Origin: Alloascoidea hylecoeti
Lineage: Eukaryota
Direction: 5' to 3'
Assembly (NCBI GenBank): GCA_001600815.1
Contig: BCKZ01000020.1
Span: forward strand, 482,617-522,359
Length of the DNA stretch: 39,743 nt
This document shows positions 23,640 to 33,527 of the stretch, in pieces. The first letter of the stretch is position 1, and each line of letters starts with the position of its first letter. The notes beneath the pieces are model-generated. The model was not told the DNA's origin. It saw only the letters and a list, made by a program, of their open reading frames with translations, and ran no database searches. A program made the position numbers and the translations under genes.

Positions 23640-26115
23640 TTTTATAAGGTAACTCTTCAATTTCATAAAGGTGTTACCACTTACTGGTTTTGTTAGAATA
23701 TCTGAATAATTATCCTCAGTTGGTACTTTCTTGATAGATTCAAAGTGTTGATTTAGAAACAACCTGTTACGAATATATTTTATTCTTGTATCAATGTGTT
23801 AATTTCTTCCTTTAGACACTGGATTAGTTGTCCATTTAATTACCCTAGAATTGTCTTCCATATAATCAATTTTTATATCTTCACTATAGATAAACTTCAA
23901 TAAATTCATTAATTTATCAATCATTTCACAAGCATAGTTCAAAGCTAGCAACTCAGATTCAGATGCTGATTTTGTTATAGCAGATTTTCTGCGGTACGCC
24001 CATCCTATAATGTTTCCATTAACCATTAAAATAACACCAGAAGTGCTTTTGCGACTGTAATCTCCCGATTTGTCCGAATCTACGAAAACTTTTACTTTAT
24101 CCTCAATGTTATCTTTATTATAAGATAATACGATACCTTCCTTATTGGTAGATAATAAATAACGAGTAACTTGGTGTATCAATCCCCAACTTTTTTTGAT
24201 TCTAAATGAGTAAATCTCCCCAGATAATTTATCGCGTAGCTGCAATCAATTTTTAACATATTTCTAAGATAAATTAAACTTACTAATAGCGGATCGATAT
24301 AAATATTCGTCAATTATCTCTTTTTTATTCACTTTAATATAATGATGTGGAATGTGGGGTAATTTGACCTTTTAACTTTAGTATCTTCCTCATTAATACC
24401 AATCATTGCTGCAATGTCCAATACAGCTTTTTCTTTTGTCAATGAAATTGTCTTCTTATTTTTATCCAGGGTAATCTCAAAACCTAACAATTTCTTCAAG
24501 TCTTCTTCCCATTTAATTTTGAACTCATTTAACATTTTCTTTACTCTCAACAATTCATCCGAAGAATTAAATAACAATAAACCGTCGTCAACATATAATG
24601 CTATAAATATATTGTCTAATCTATACACTTTGTCACATTCTTTAAAACCCTTTCCAATCAAGTGGTCTTTAATGTGTGTTTGCCACAATGATGCTGAACG
24701 TTTCAATCCATACAAGGCTTTATTTAACTTCAACACTTTGCCGCCTTTTTCTTCATCTCTTAATCTAAAATAAAATGGAGGAAATTTCACATGAACTTCT
24801 CTATCATCTTCACGTAAATGTGCATTCAAGTATGCATTACGAAAATCGAAAGTCACCATTTTGAACTTTCTTTGAAATCCATAATTTATCAGTAATAACA
24901 GTGCTTGAATTGATAATGTTGAAGATGTGTATTGATGGTTGATATCAGTTACTTCCTTAGCACCTCTTACCACACACAAAAGCGTTTTCCACCTTATGTT
25001 CCCCAGCAATCTTTTCCGTCAATACCCATTGTGTAGGTAAGATGTTTGTATTTGTAGGTATCTTTTGAATTTCTATTGGTTCTTAAACACTCAAATCCTC
25101 AATAGCCTGCAATTCATCCAACATAGCAAACTTATACTTATCAAATATTGCATTTGATTTCTGCTCTCACCAACTCAATGCTTTCATTTACGGCTTTTCG
25201 CATGCTTCTGGTAATTCTCCTATTATTAGTAATTGGAATTCCGACCTCATTGTTGTCCATTCTCAGATTTCGAGGTATCATTTCATCCTCTACTCCTTCT
25301 AAGATATTGTTTTCATTATCTGCTGTGTTCTTCAAAACATCTTCATCAGATAAATCTTGATGAACAATAATATCTTCAAAATTCTCACTTCCCGTAGTTT
25401 CAACATGTTGAAACATTTCATTCGTATTGTTTAATATTGGAACACTGATTTCTTCATGCCCATGTGCTAATTCATCATCTGAATTATCAATATCTTTATC
25501 AATATCTTTACCATTAAATAATTGGTAGTGTTTTGTGTGGGACAACCTGCCATTATCATCCATGATCAATCCCACCCAATGCTTTAATCCAACATAAGTT
25601 CACAACTCACCTCTGACATGTAATTTTGATTTCACCTCTTGTTGAGGTCTACGAAATACTACCCGTGAACCAAATTTATGGATATGTTTGATGATGCTAA
25701 CACATTAATTCCCAACTGATTAAATCTACCTAAAATGATATTGCGAGTCACAATTGCATATTTGAATTCTTATTAAGTAATAGTGATTTTCCTATATGTG
25801 CATATTTAGAATGAACATAATTGATTTTCTTCTCAATATTTAAATTCTTTTTTTGATTCTAGAATCATGAAGACACTGATTACCATCACGTCGATAAATA
25901 CGAGCAACAGGCTTCAATTCATCCTCATAAACAAGCCAATCTTGAATCTTGTTTTCCCTAATATAGAAACCTAAATTATGAAGTTCTCTAGTACGATGAC
26001 GTTGGGGATATTCTTAACCAAAACACATCTTATAAAAACGTATTGTTCTCCTAATAATTTCATCTTCCCCTCGCCATGAATCTTCACCAGAAATGGATGT
26101 GATTATCGGTAAATC
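23640..26115 (-). pseudogene. Copia pol remnants: protease C-part, integrase HHCC and C-terminal part (core largely deleted), RT, RNase H
   Basis: KIHGEGKMKL (protease region), HSKYAHIG, HKFGSRVV..SKL (integrase C-terminal), RT 'DFRNAYLNA..LNKALYGLKRS..LYVDD', RNase H 'FVDSD..RKSTSG..SASESEL..EDN..HID..DILTKP'. Many stops and frameshifts. Confidence 0.9.
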
Positions 26116-26119
26116 TGCT

Positions 26120-26422
26120 AAATGCAACTGGGAGAACAGGCATTTTGAACTTTATGGTAGCGGCGCGGTCACGAGAAGCATCAGGTTCGAGTCCGCCGTA
26201 GGACGATAGTTTACTTCAGTCTAGTTGGGGCTTAGTAGGGTAACACATAAATGGCCCGAAAGTAAAATGCCCGAGTCAGTCTGCAAGAGTCCGAAACCCG
26301 AAAGATCACGGGGTGAGTGATGTGGCGATTAGTAAAGTGACCTGCCTAAGGTTGGGAGATAAAAATACAATTTGTATTGGTTTGTGTATTAACCTTTCCA
26401 ATTACAATTGTATTTTTTATCT
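26120..26422 (+). ncRNA. Candidate structured, possibly Pol III-transcribed cassette antisense to the copia element, containing PBS and PPT copies
   Basis: A-box-like TGGGAGAACAGG 26129-26140; TGGTAGCGGCGC 26155-26166; B box GGTTCGAGTCC 26184-26194; AGTAGGGTAA 26234-26243; several hairpins; long hairpin 26357-26380/26398-26422 with T6 at 26413-26418. Confidence 0.45.
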
Positions 26423-27100
26423 TTGATTGACTCTTCAATATTTAACATTCTACCTAGAATATCCGAGTAGTCTTTTCCATTATTAATACCAATCAGATCA
26501 TCGGTGATTCTTTCATAAGGACCTGATAATGTACTTAATAAGAGTGAATCAGCAATCTCATCGCTCATTTCTAATCCGCCACTCTCAAGATCTCGCAAAT
26601 ATTGTTGAAATTTAGTCACAAATTTCATAACAGTTTCATGGCCATCAAATCTTAAACTGGTGATCTCNCTTAACAAAATAGGTACCGAATTTTGGTAGTG
26701 GAATACCTTCTTCAAGTTCACATAATTTGTTAAAGCATTTTTTCTAACATCAATACATCAATATAGACTTGTAGATCAACCGTAGTTGATCCAGCAAAAT
26801 AGTCATCACATTGTCATGCTCTAGAACTTCTCTTTCCGACAGTGTTTTCTTTAGCTTTCCATTATCCTTATAAAAAGCTGCTCCTTCTGTCATCGAGATA
26901 TATTTAGCCAGACCATATCTCCGTAAGGTCGACATTACAGCATAATGCCACCGTTCAAAAGATGCATTGTCCTTTCCCATTACTAATTTGGGCAAAGCTC
27001 GGATCGTTTCTGTTGAAATTGCCGCACCTACATTAGATGTGCTTGCAATACCAGCGCCGCTACCATGTTGAATACTTAATACCTCTTCTGGATCTAACAT
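26389..27100 (-). pseudogene. Copia gag (frameshifted; ATG lies inside the 5' LTR)
   Basis: ATG at 27100 within U5 reads through the PBS, as in Ty1. 'F.RW..AV...L' and UBN2-like 'LRFDGHETVMKFVTKF..LESGGLEMSDE..LLLSTLSGPY'. Split into two ORFs; one ambiguous base at 26668. Confidence 0.85.
27051..27065 (-). other. Primer-binding site, initiator tRNA-Met type
   Basis: Minus strand TGGTAGCGGCGCTGG directly after the 5' LTR; the first 12 nt differ by one base from the Ty1-type TGGTAGCGCCGC. Confidence 0.88.
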
Positions 27101-27238
27101 TTTTGAACTGTAGTTATTATCTGTATATTGTTGTATATATATCTGTTCTATCAAAACAAGTGGAAATGGCTGACTATACTATATAGTAACTACTAAATAT
27201 CGAGCCTTATTAACCATAGCAAACCTTAATATCTAACA
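27066..27238 (-). repeat. 5' LTR (173 bp)
   Basis: TG...CA ends, followed on the minus strand by the PBS; repeat of 23433-23612. Confidence 0.93.
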
Positions 27239-28276
27239 TATAATAATGTCACATCAGAAACTATTATATTTGACATTACATTGCAATTCTCTACCAGTTT
27301 TAATTTATTTGAAGAATTTAAGAATAATAAAGAAATTCATAAAATAAATGAAAAAAATGGATTAAATCATGATGAAAATGAGTTCAACGATGAGTTTCAC
27401 ATGCCAACAGACTGGCATTTGTTTGACATCAAATCGGAAGGGGACCATATAATAATAATACATCCAATATCGGTTTCAATTATCAAAATTGAAATAATAA
27501 ATGACACTCATGCCCGACTGAAATTGGAGAGTAAAGGGGATCAACTCAAAAGTTCAATTAAGATTAGTTATATGAAAACTATAATATCTCGCTATTTAGC
27601 TGACCTTAGGGAAGTATGGGGATCTGAACATTATAATCAATTTCAATCGGTGGAATATCGGAAATTTATCTCCAAAGTTCCAATATGTGATTCTATATTA
27701 GATTCAGATGCTCAAGTAATAACGTTATACCACTCCAATAAGAATTTTGAACAAGTCGGTTTTAAATTTGTGAGGATACCTAATCAAGAATACATGAAAA
27801 CTATAGTTCAGTATACACGTTACATGCCCGCAACACCTTATAGATTAATTTCAATACAAAAAACTTGGAATTTGATTCATATTTCAAGAAGACTATGGGG
27901 GATAAATGAAGGCTCCAGAATTATAGATCAGTTTAAATTGTGGTAGGACTTCAGAGTGCGCATGCGTAGGCTATCTAAGAAATCGGAATATGCATTGGTG
28001 TATGGGAATAAATATGATATTTTACATCTGCCAACAGGAAAAATTACCACATCTCTATGGAACTTAATGCCCTCTCAATATAAAAGGAATACAACTCTTA
28101 AATATGTTGAAATTGAAGAAGGCGACGATTACAATGAAGAATCACCAAATATATTCCTGGCAATGAACGTCATTTCCCATCATTTCAGGTTTCCTAGGCC
28201 TTACTTTAGCTATAGAAGAGTTGTCTTGAAACTAAATACGCAAACACTAAAGGCATCAACCCCAGATCAATTATAA
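27239..28276 (+). pseudogene. 3' part of the interrupted (F-box-like) gene
   Basis: The frame is open from the TSD (YNNVTSETIIFDITLQF...). ORFs 27281-27946 and 27956-28276 are in the same frame, separated by one TAG at 27944-27946. Confidence 0.65.
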
Positions 28277-28348
28277 TGTTATTTACTTATATATGTGTGC
28301 ATTCCTATAGCTAGCTTTATTACATGAAGTATCGGATATTCGAGAAGC

Positions 28349-30292
28349 CTAAAGACGAGATGTTCCATGACCACTTCCTTGAGAGAATTCATTGATATTT
28401 GGAAACAAAAGTTGATAGCTTTTACTTACAGAATTGGATTCATTCTTGTTTATCGGAATATCCTCTTTATTGATAATTGATGATTTGAAAGTTTTGATAT
28501 AATCAACCCAATATTCCAAAGTTGTAAAATCATTTTCAACAACAATATTATAATTTAATCCAAATTTTGGTTTAAAATTATTAGAATCCCTTTTGATTAT
28601 ATTAGATGAAGTTAGATCAAGTAATAGTTTTAAAATCACAAGTGAAGCAAGTTGTAATGTGAAGTCTCTAGCATATTCAATTGGAATATTTAACTTTTTC
28701 TCATCTTCTTTACCTAATAACTCATTTACCTTATCGTTAATGAAAATTTGGTATCTGCTAACAGCACTTTTATCAGTATTGTTACTAGATGATTTCAGAA
28801 ACTCAATAAATGATTTTCTAATTGGTAACTTGTATTGTAAAGTTGCGAGAACATCTCGACTTAATACATTAGTTGTTCCTTCCCATATTGTATTAACTTG
28901 ACAATCTGCTATTAATCTGCCTATATTCATTTCAATATCATGGGTCAAATATCCTATCCCACCTAAAGCTTCCATACATTCGCAACATCCAGGAACTGAT
29001 AATTTACAGTTAATTGCTTTTGCTAAAGCAGGTAAAATCCTCAATAAATTTTTAGTAGTTTTATCAGTTTTTGGAGTACATTCATCAGCACCCAACAAAA
29101 TTGCAGTATGAGAAGCGATTATAAATAAGCCATGAAATTTAGATTCTTCTCGTGCTAATGTTATCAGATGAAGAGGATTTTCACTTAAAGTTTTTCCAAA
29201 TACATATCTTTGTAAAGAATAATTTTTAGCAATTTGTAAAGCACGATGAAAATTAGATACACTTGCAAAAGCAGAATGTAATCTAGTTATATTTAAAACC
29301 ATTGCAATTGTTTTAACACCTTCACCTATTAAACCAATTGATTGAGCTTTTACACCTTTTAATTCTATTTCTGCAGTTGATAATGCTTTTGTACCCCATT
29401 TCTTTTTTAAACGAGATAAGATGGCAGTATCATTATCAGCATGAATATGACCCAAATAACAACCGATTGGGGGTACTTTATACTTATCAACTGAATTTTT
29501 GTTTTTAAGAATCATTGTTTTAGAATTTGGCAATGTTGTATCTCTTGCAAGAATTAAAGCAACTTGACAATCTAATGCACTCGAAAAAGATTTAAAACCA
29601 TCTATTTTATAATCAGCTACAACAGTTTTATTTCCATTATCATCGATTTTAATTATAGAATCCGATTTAAAGGCAAATGTTTCCATATTAGATATATCAG
29701 AACCTCCAGATCTTTCTGTCATCCATTGACTATTAATCCAAGCATAATCAGGATCATTACTTGTAACTCTATAATAAACGGGATTAATTTCTTTTCTTTT
29801 ATTAATTTTGTGATCCAATTCCAAAGCCCTTGCACAACCATCAGTCATACTAAGAGGAGCACAAACCATTGCAGAAGAAGTAGAATATAAGAAATATTTC
29901 AACATATGATAAAAACGACTATATATTCCTTGATCTCGTTTATAAGCAATTGATAATAAACCTTCTTTAATTCCAATTTTTTTCAATTCTTGCCAACCAA
30001 GGGAAGTAATTAATTTATTTGTTTGATTTGTAAAAGTATCAGAATGTTTAATATATGGAACTTCATCAGCTAGAGCGGCATTTTCAGCATCTTCAACTAA
30101 TTCCATAATTCGTGGACTAACTACCAAATCTCCAAAACGGATCAAATCAGGAACAATTGAATTGGAAATGTCATCAGGTAAGTAATGAGAAATCAATTCA
30201 TGGATGAATGAATCAGATGTGAATTGATTTGGTAAATGAAAAGGTTGTTGTTTAAAACCTTTATTTATTCCAGCTGATGGATATTCTGACAT
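28349..30292 (-). CDS. Acyl-CoA dehydrogenase, AidB/acdh-11-like, probably peroxisomal
   Basis: CAPLSMTDG, QWMTERSGGSD, RLKKKWGTKALSTAEIEL, CMEALGGIGY, VNTIWEGTTNVL; C-terminal PTS1 -SRL. Confidence 0.9.
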   Translation of the reverse strand: MSEYPSAGINKGFKQQPFHLPNQFTSDSFIHELISHYLPDDISNSIVPDLIRFGDLVVSPRIMELVEDAENAALADEVPYIKHSDTFTNQTNKLITSLGWQELKKIGIKEGLLSIAYKRDQGIYSRFYHMLKYFLYSTSSAMVCAPLSMTDGCARALELDHKINKRKEINPVYYRVTSNDPDYAWINSQWMTERSGGSDISNMETFAFKSDSIIKIDDNGNKTVVADYKIDGFKSFSSALDCQVALILARDTTLPNSKTMILKNKNSVDKYKVPPIGCYLGHIHADNDTAILSRLKKKWGTKALSTAEIELKGVKAQSIGLIGEGVKTIAMVLNITRLHSAFASVSNFHRALQIAKNYSLQRYVFGKTLSENPLHLITLAREESKFHGLFIIASHTAILLGADECTPKTDKTTKNLLRILPALAKAINCKLSVPGCCECMEALGGIGYLTHDIEMNIGRLIADCQVNTIWEGTTNVLSRDVLATLQYKLPIRKSFIEFLKSSSNNTDKSAVSRYQIFINDKVNELLGKEDEKKLNIPIEYARDFTLQLASLVILKLLLDLTSSNIIKRDSNNFKPKFGLNYNIVVENDFTTLEYWVDYIKTFKSSIINKEDIPINKNESNSVSKSYQLLFPNINEFSQGSGHGTSRL

Positions 30293-31571
30293 TTTAATAT
30301 TAATATTTTGATTTTTAAATTTGATATATTTATATATCTCGCAATTGCAATTTTTCTAAAATGTGACGAAGAAACTACTGTTATTTATAGTAAACCGAGA
30401 AAAATCAATAAAATTATAAAATGCATTAAGTTATCTGGATAATAGGTAGCTACGGTAATTATTAATGAAGTTATACCAGTTTAAAACATTTCTTTTACAT
30501 ACAAGAAAGTATAAAGCCGAATTTGAATAGGAACGGATAAAATGCAATTATAAATATAATAGTTACTAGGAAACTGACTCCGCGGTGCGCATATACAATT
30601 CAATTACCTTAAATAAATTAATTTTATATTATGCTATTACAAAAATGGAAAATATAATGCAAAGTCAAGTTACAAGTGGAAATAAATTTAATATGGTGAG
30701 CTTCACTCGATTTGACCAATTGTTTAGAAAAATCAACAACCTTCGGGAAATCAATTCATATATATTTTCCAGACGACAAAAGGTAAACAAAAATGTCAAA
30801 TATAAATCTTACAGTTTAAAATTAAATTTTACCCTTCCTTCTTAGTCAAAGCTTTTTGTCCCCATTTCTTCACTATGTAGTTTCTTAGATTTCGTGGCCG
30901 AACAAATAAATAACGTGAGTAAGACGACATAAAATTACCATATTCAAAAAACGTGAATGCATACTATTGGCGATATATTTCCGTATTTCGTAATATTGAC
31001 AGTTGCATGCATATAGCAGGAGGCAAAGATTTCGCGAGGAAAAAAGTTCATTTTCAGTGATACGTACCATTTAAAACAGGAATGATAAACTGCAAAGGAT
31101 CCTCGGTTATTCTACAATGGCTTACGCCTTGGATACTATCTGTATGCACGGCGGTATTATGCATGCCACCAAGGCTCGTACGCTTTCACAACTTTCAATT
31201 TTCAATGTTCAAAACCAAAGTTACCAACTCATGGATCAAGAACAATTACTATAGCTACTAGCTAGCCAATGATGCAGAAGAAACTTAAAGTTTTCTGGGT
31301 CTCAAAAGATCTTTCACAAACGTTTCGACATATATTTAATGTTTATTAGTATCAATTAACATGAACAGTTCTAATCTAAAAGTTGATATCGAACATTATC
31401 ATGTTAATTATAATCCCCTAAGCTAAATATACGACTATAATGATAAACATTAATGCATGTGAATATGAAGATCATAAATTCATAAATATAAAAAACGTTG
31501 ATAACAAATGCAAAATAAATTTTAATAAAATGTAGTAATATAAACAAGTATCTCTGATTCTCTTTAATTAA

Positions 31572-33188
31572 TTAATATTCTGAATCACTTGAAGAACTAA
31601 AAGAAGAAAAATCATTTGTTTTATATTCCCCAACACCAAACATTGGACCAATTTTACTTAACCAAATTTCATCCCATCTTATTGTACTTTCTCTAATTGA
31701 ACCTAATTTTAATTTTTTTAAAAATTTTGTTTTTGATTTTTTTGATAATAAATTTTCTAAATTATTTGATAAATCAACTGAAAGATTTAAAATATCATTA
31801 TCATTATCATTATCATTATCATTAAATTTTTGTTTAATTATTATACCATTTATATTATCTTTAATTAATTCAGATATTGATAAATAATTTAAAGATTTTT
31901 TTTTATAATTTTTATTAAGAAATGATATTGAAATTATTGGAATACCACAACCTGAAATGTTAATTAAATCAATTGGAATATTAATACCATTAAATGATTT
32001 ATAAAATGAAATATATAAATCAGATAATGATAAAATTTTTAAATATTTTTTATAATTTAAATTCTTTTTAGTTGAAATTGTTTTAGAATTTTCATTTAAT
32101 GATGAATTTAAGAATTTTATAGTAATATTTTTAAAATCTTGTAAATTGATTTGTTTTTCATAATCAATATAATTATTATTATTATAAAATATAATAATTA
32201 ATAAATTTGGTAATTTTTTTAATTTTGATTGTAATTGTGATTCATCATCATAGATTTTTAAACCTTTAATTAAAACATTAAAATTTTCAATTTCATCATT
32301 TAAATTTGTATTTAAATCAGTAATTAATGAAGTTGTTATTAATTTATCACCATTTTTTTTATTAAAATTTTTAAATAAAGAATTTAATTCAACATCATTA
32401 TTTTGTTTTAAATAATTAAAAAAATCATCAATTTTTTCAATTGATAATGGTTGGAAATCATCAATTGGCCTGTCATTTAATGGTATTATTCTTCTGCCAC
32501 TAACACCAAAATGCTGTCTTAAGAAATGACCCATTGTTATACTTGTAGTTAAATGAATAAAAGCTTTCCCAAAGATCCATTCATAATATTCAATGAATTT
32601 AATTAAAGGTTTGGTGTATAATTTTTTGGAAGATGAAGCACTATTTAACTTTTGGTTAGTTTTAATATAATCGAAATCATTCCAATCAATTATAACTCTT
32701 GTTGATCTTGACACAAACAAAACATAAAATCTTATAATGGATAAGATTGGGAAAGATGGAGGATTTTGAAGCAATATAAAATCCGAGCCACGTAAGTTAT
32801 ATAATAATTTATACAAATGAAGATTTAGGGAAAAGAAATTTTTGATGGTGGAAAAGAAAGGAAATTTATAAAAATCGATTGGAAGATAGTGAATATGCAG
32901 ATTTTTATGAAGTTTCAGTTCACTTAATATTGAATTTGTGTTAATATTTGAATTGACATCATTGCTTGATTCATAGCCACATAAATCTACTTTACAACCT
33001 CCCCGTATTAAGCTTCTGGTGTGATAGATGATCCTTGGACATTTTCCGATTTCATCAACGACTATAACAACGACTTTCACAGATCTGCTGAGCTTGGAGA
33101 CATCCGTATACTTCGGAGAGAGAAATATGATGACCAGCGGGATGAGGATGTAGGAGATCAGAAACAAGATAATGACCCAATACTGCAT
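31572..33188 (-). CDS. Divergent ALG1-like (GT33 beta-1,4-mannosyltransferase family) protein
   Basis: N-terminal TM anchor after ATG 33188; DEIGKCPRIIYH, VDLCGY, LLQNPPSFP, IIDW, LNDRP, ELIKDNING follow the Alg1 layout, but several core residues differ. Confidence 0.8.
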   Translation of the reverse strand: MQYWVIILFLISYILIPLVIIFLSPKYTDVSKLSRSVKVVVIVVDEIGKCPRIIYHTRSLIRGGCKVDLCGYESSNDVNSNINTNSILSELKLHKNLHIHYLPIDFYKFPFFSTIKNFFSLNLHLYKLLYNLRGSDFILLQNPPSFPILSIIRFYVLFVSRSTRVIIDWNDFDYIKTNQKLNSASSSKKLYTKPLIKFIEYYEWIFGKAFIHLTTSITMGHFLRQHFGVSGRRIIPLNDRPIDDFQPLSIEKIDDFFNYLKQNNDVELNSLFKNFNKKNGDKLITTSLITDLNTNLNDEIENFNVLIKGLKIYDDESQLQSKLKKLPNLLIIIFYNNNNYIDYEKQINLQDFKNITIKFLNSSLNENSKTISTKKNLNYKKYLKILSLSDLYISFYKSFNGINIPIDLINISGCGIPIISISFLNKNYKKKSLNYLSISELIKDNINGIIIKQKFNDNDNDNDNDILNLSVDLSNNLENLLSKKSKTKFLKKLKLGSIRESTIRWDEIWLSKIGPMFGVGEYKTNDFSSFSSSSDSEY

Positions 33189-33527
33189 TTTCCATACAAC
33201 TCCGTGGACACAAACCACCAAAAAAGAGTTGGAAGGTTGGGCATAAGTGACGCGGACGGTGCGTGCATGACGCCAGAACGCCTGAAGACACGAAGTTGGC
33301 TATTTGTGCACGAGTATTCCCAGAACGGGGATTGTAATCCGACACGGAAAATAAATGGTGCATAATTTCTGAAAACTGCTCACGAATTCTGCATCATTCT
33401 GCAACGTTTGCATTTTCTGATTTTCTTCTTTTTCATTTTCAATATTTATTTTAATTTGTTTTTCTTCTTTGATTTGATTTTTACAACTCCTTTTCTTTTC
33501 TTCCCTTCCCTCCTTTCCCACACACTA

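Larger units (their letters stand above)
23433..27238 (-). mobile_element. Ty1/copia LTR retrotransposon, degenerate (3806 bp)
   Basis: Two TG...CA LTRs, identical 5-bp TSD TATAA (23428-23432 and 27239-27243), PBS, PPT, and remnants in gag-PR-IN-RT-RH order. Confidence 0.95.

Noticed and set aside
26150..26200. tRNA gene suggested by TGGTAG and GGTTCGAGTCC
   Set aside because: No acceptor, anticodon or T stems form on either strand.
26275..26321. Hammerhead-ribozyme-like string CTGCAAGA-GTCC-GAAA-stem
   Set aside because: Core deviates from CUGANGA, stem II is essentially absent and the cleavage position would be G; too many departures to call.
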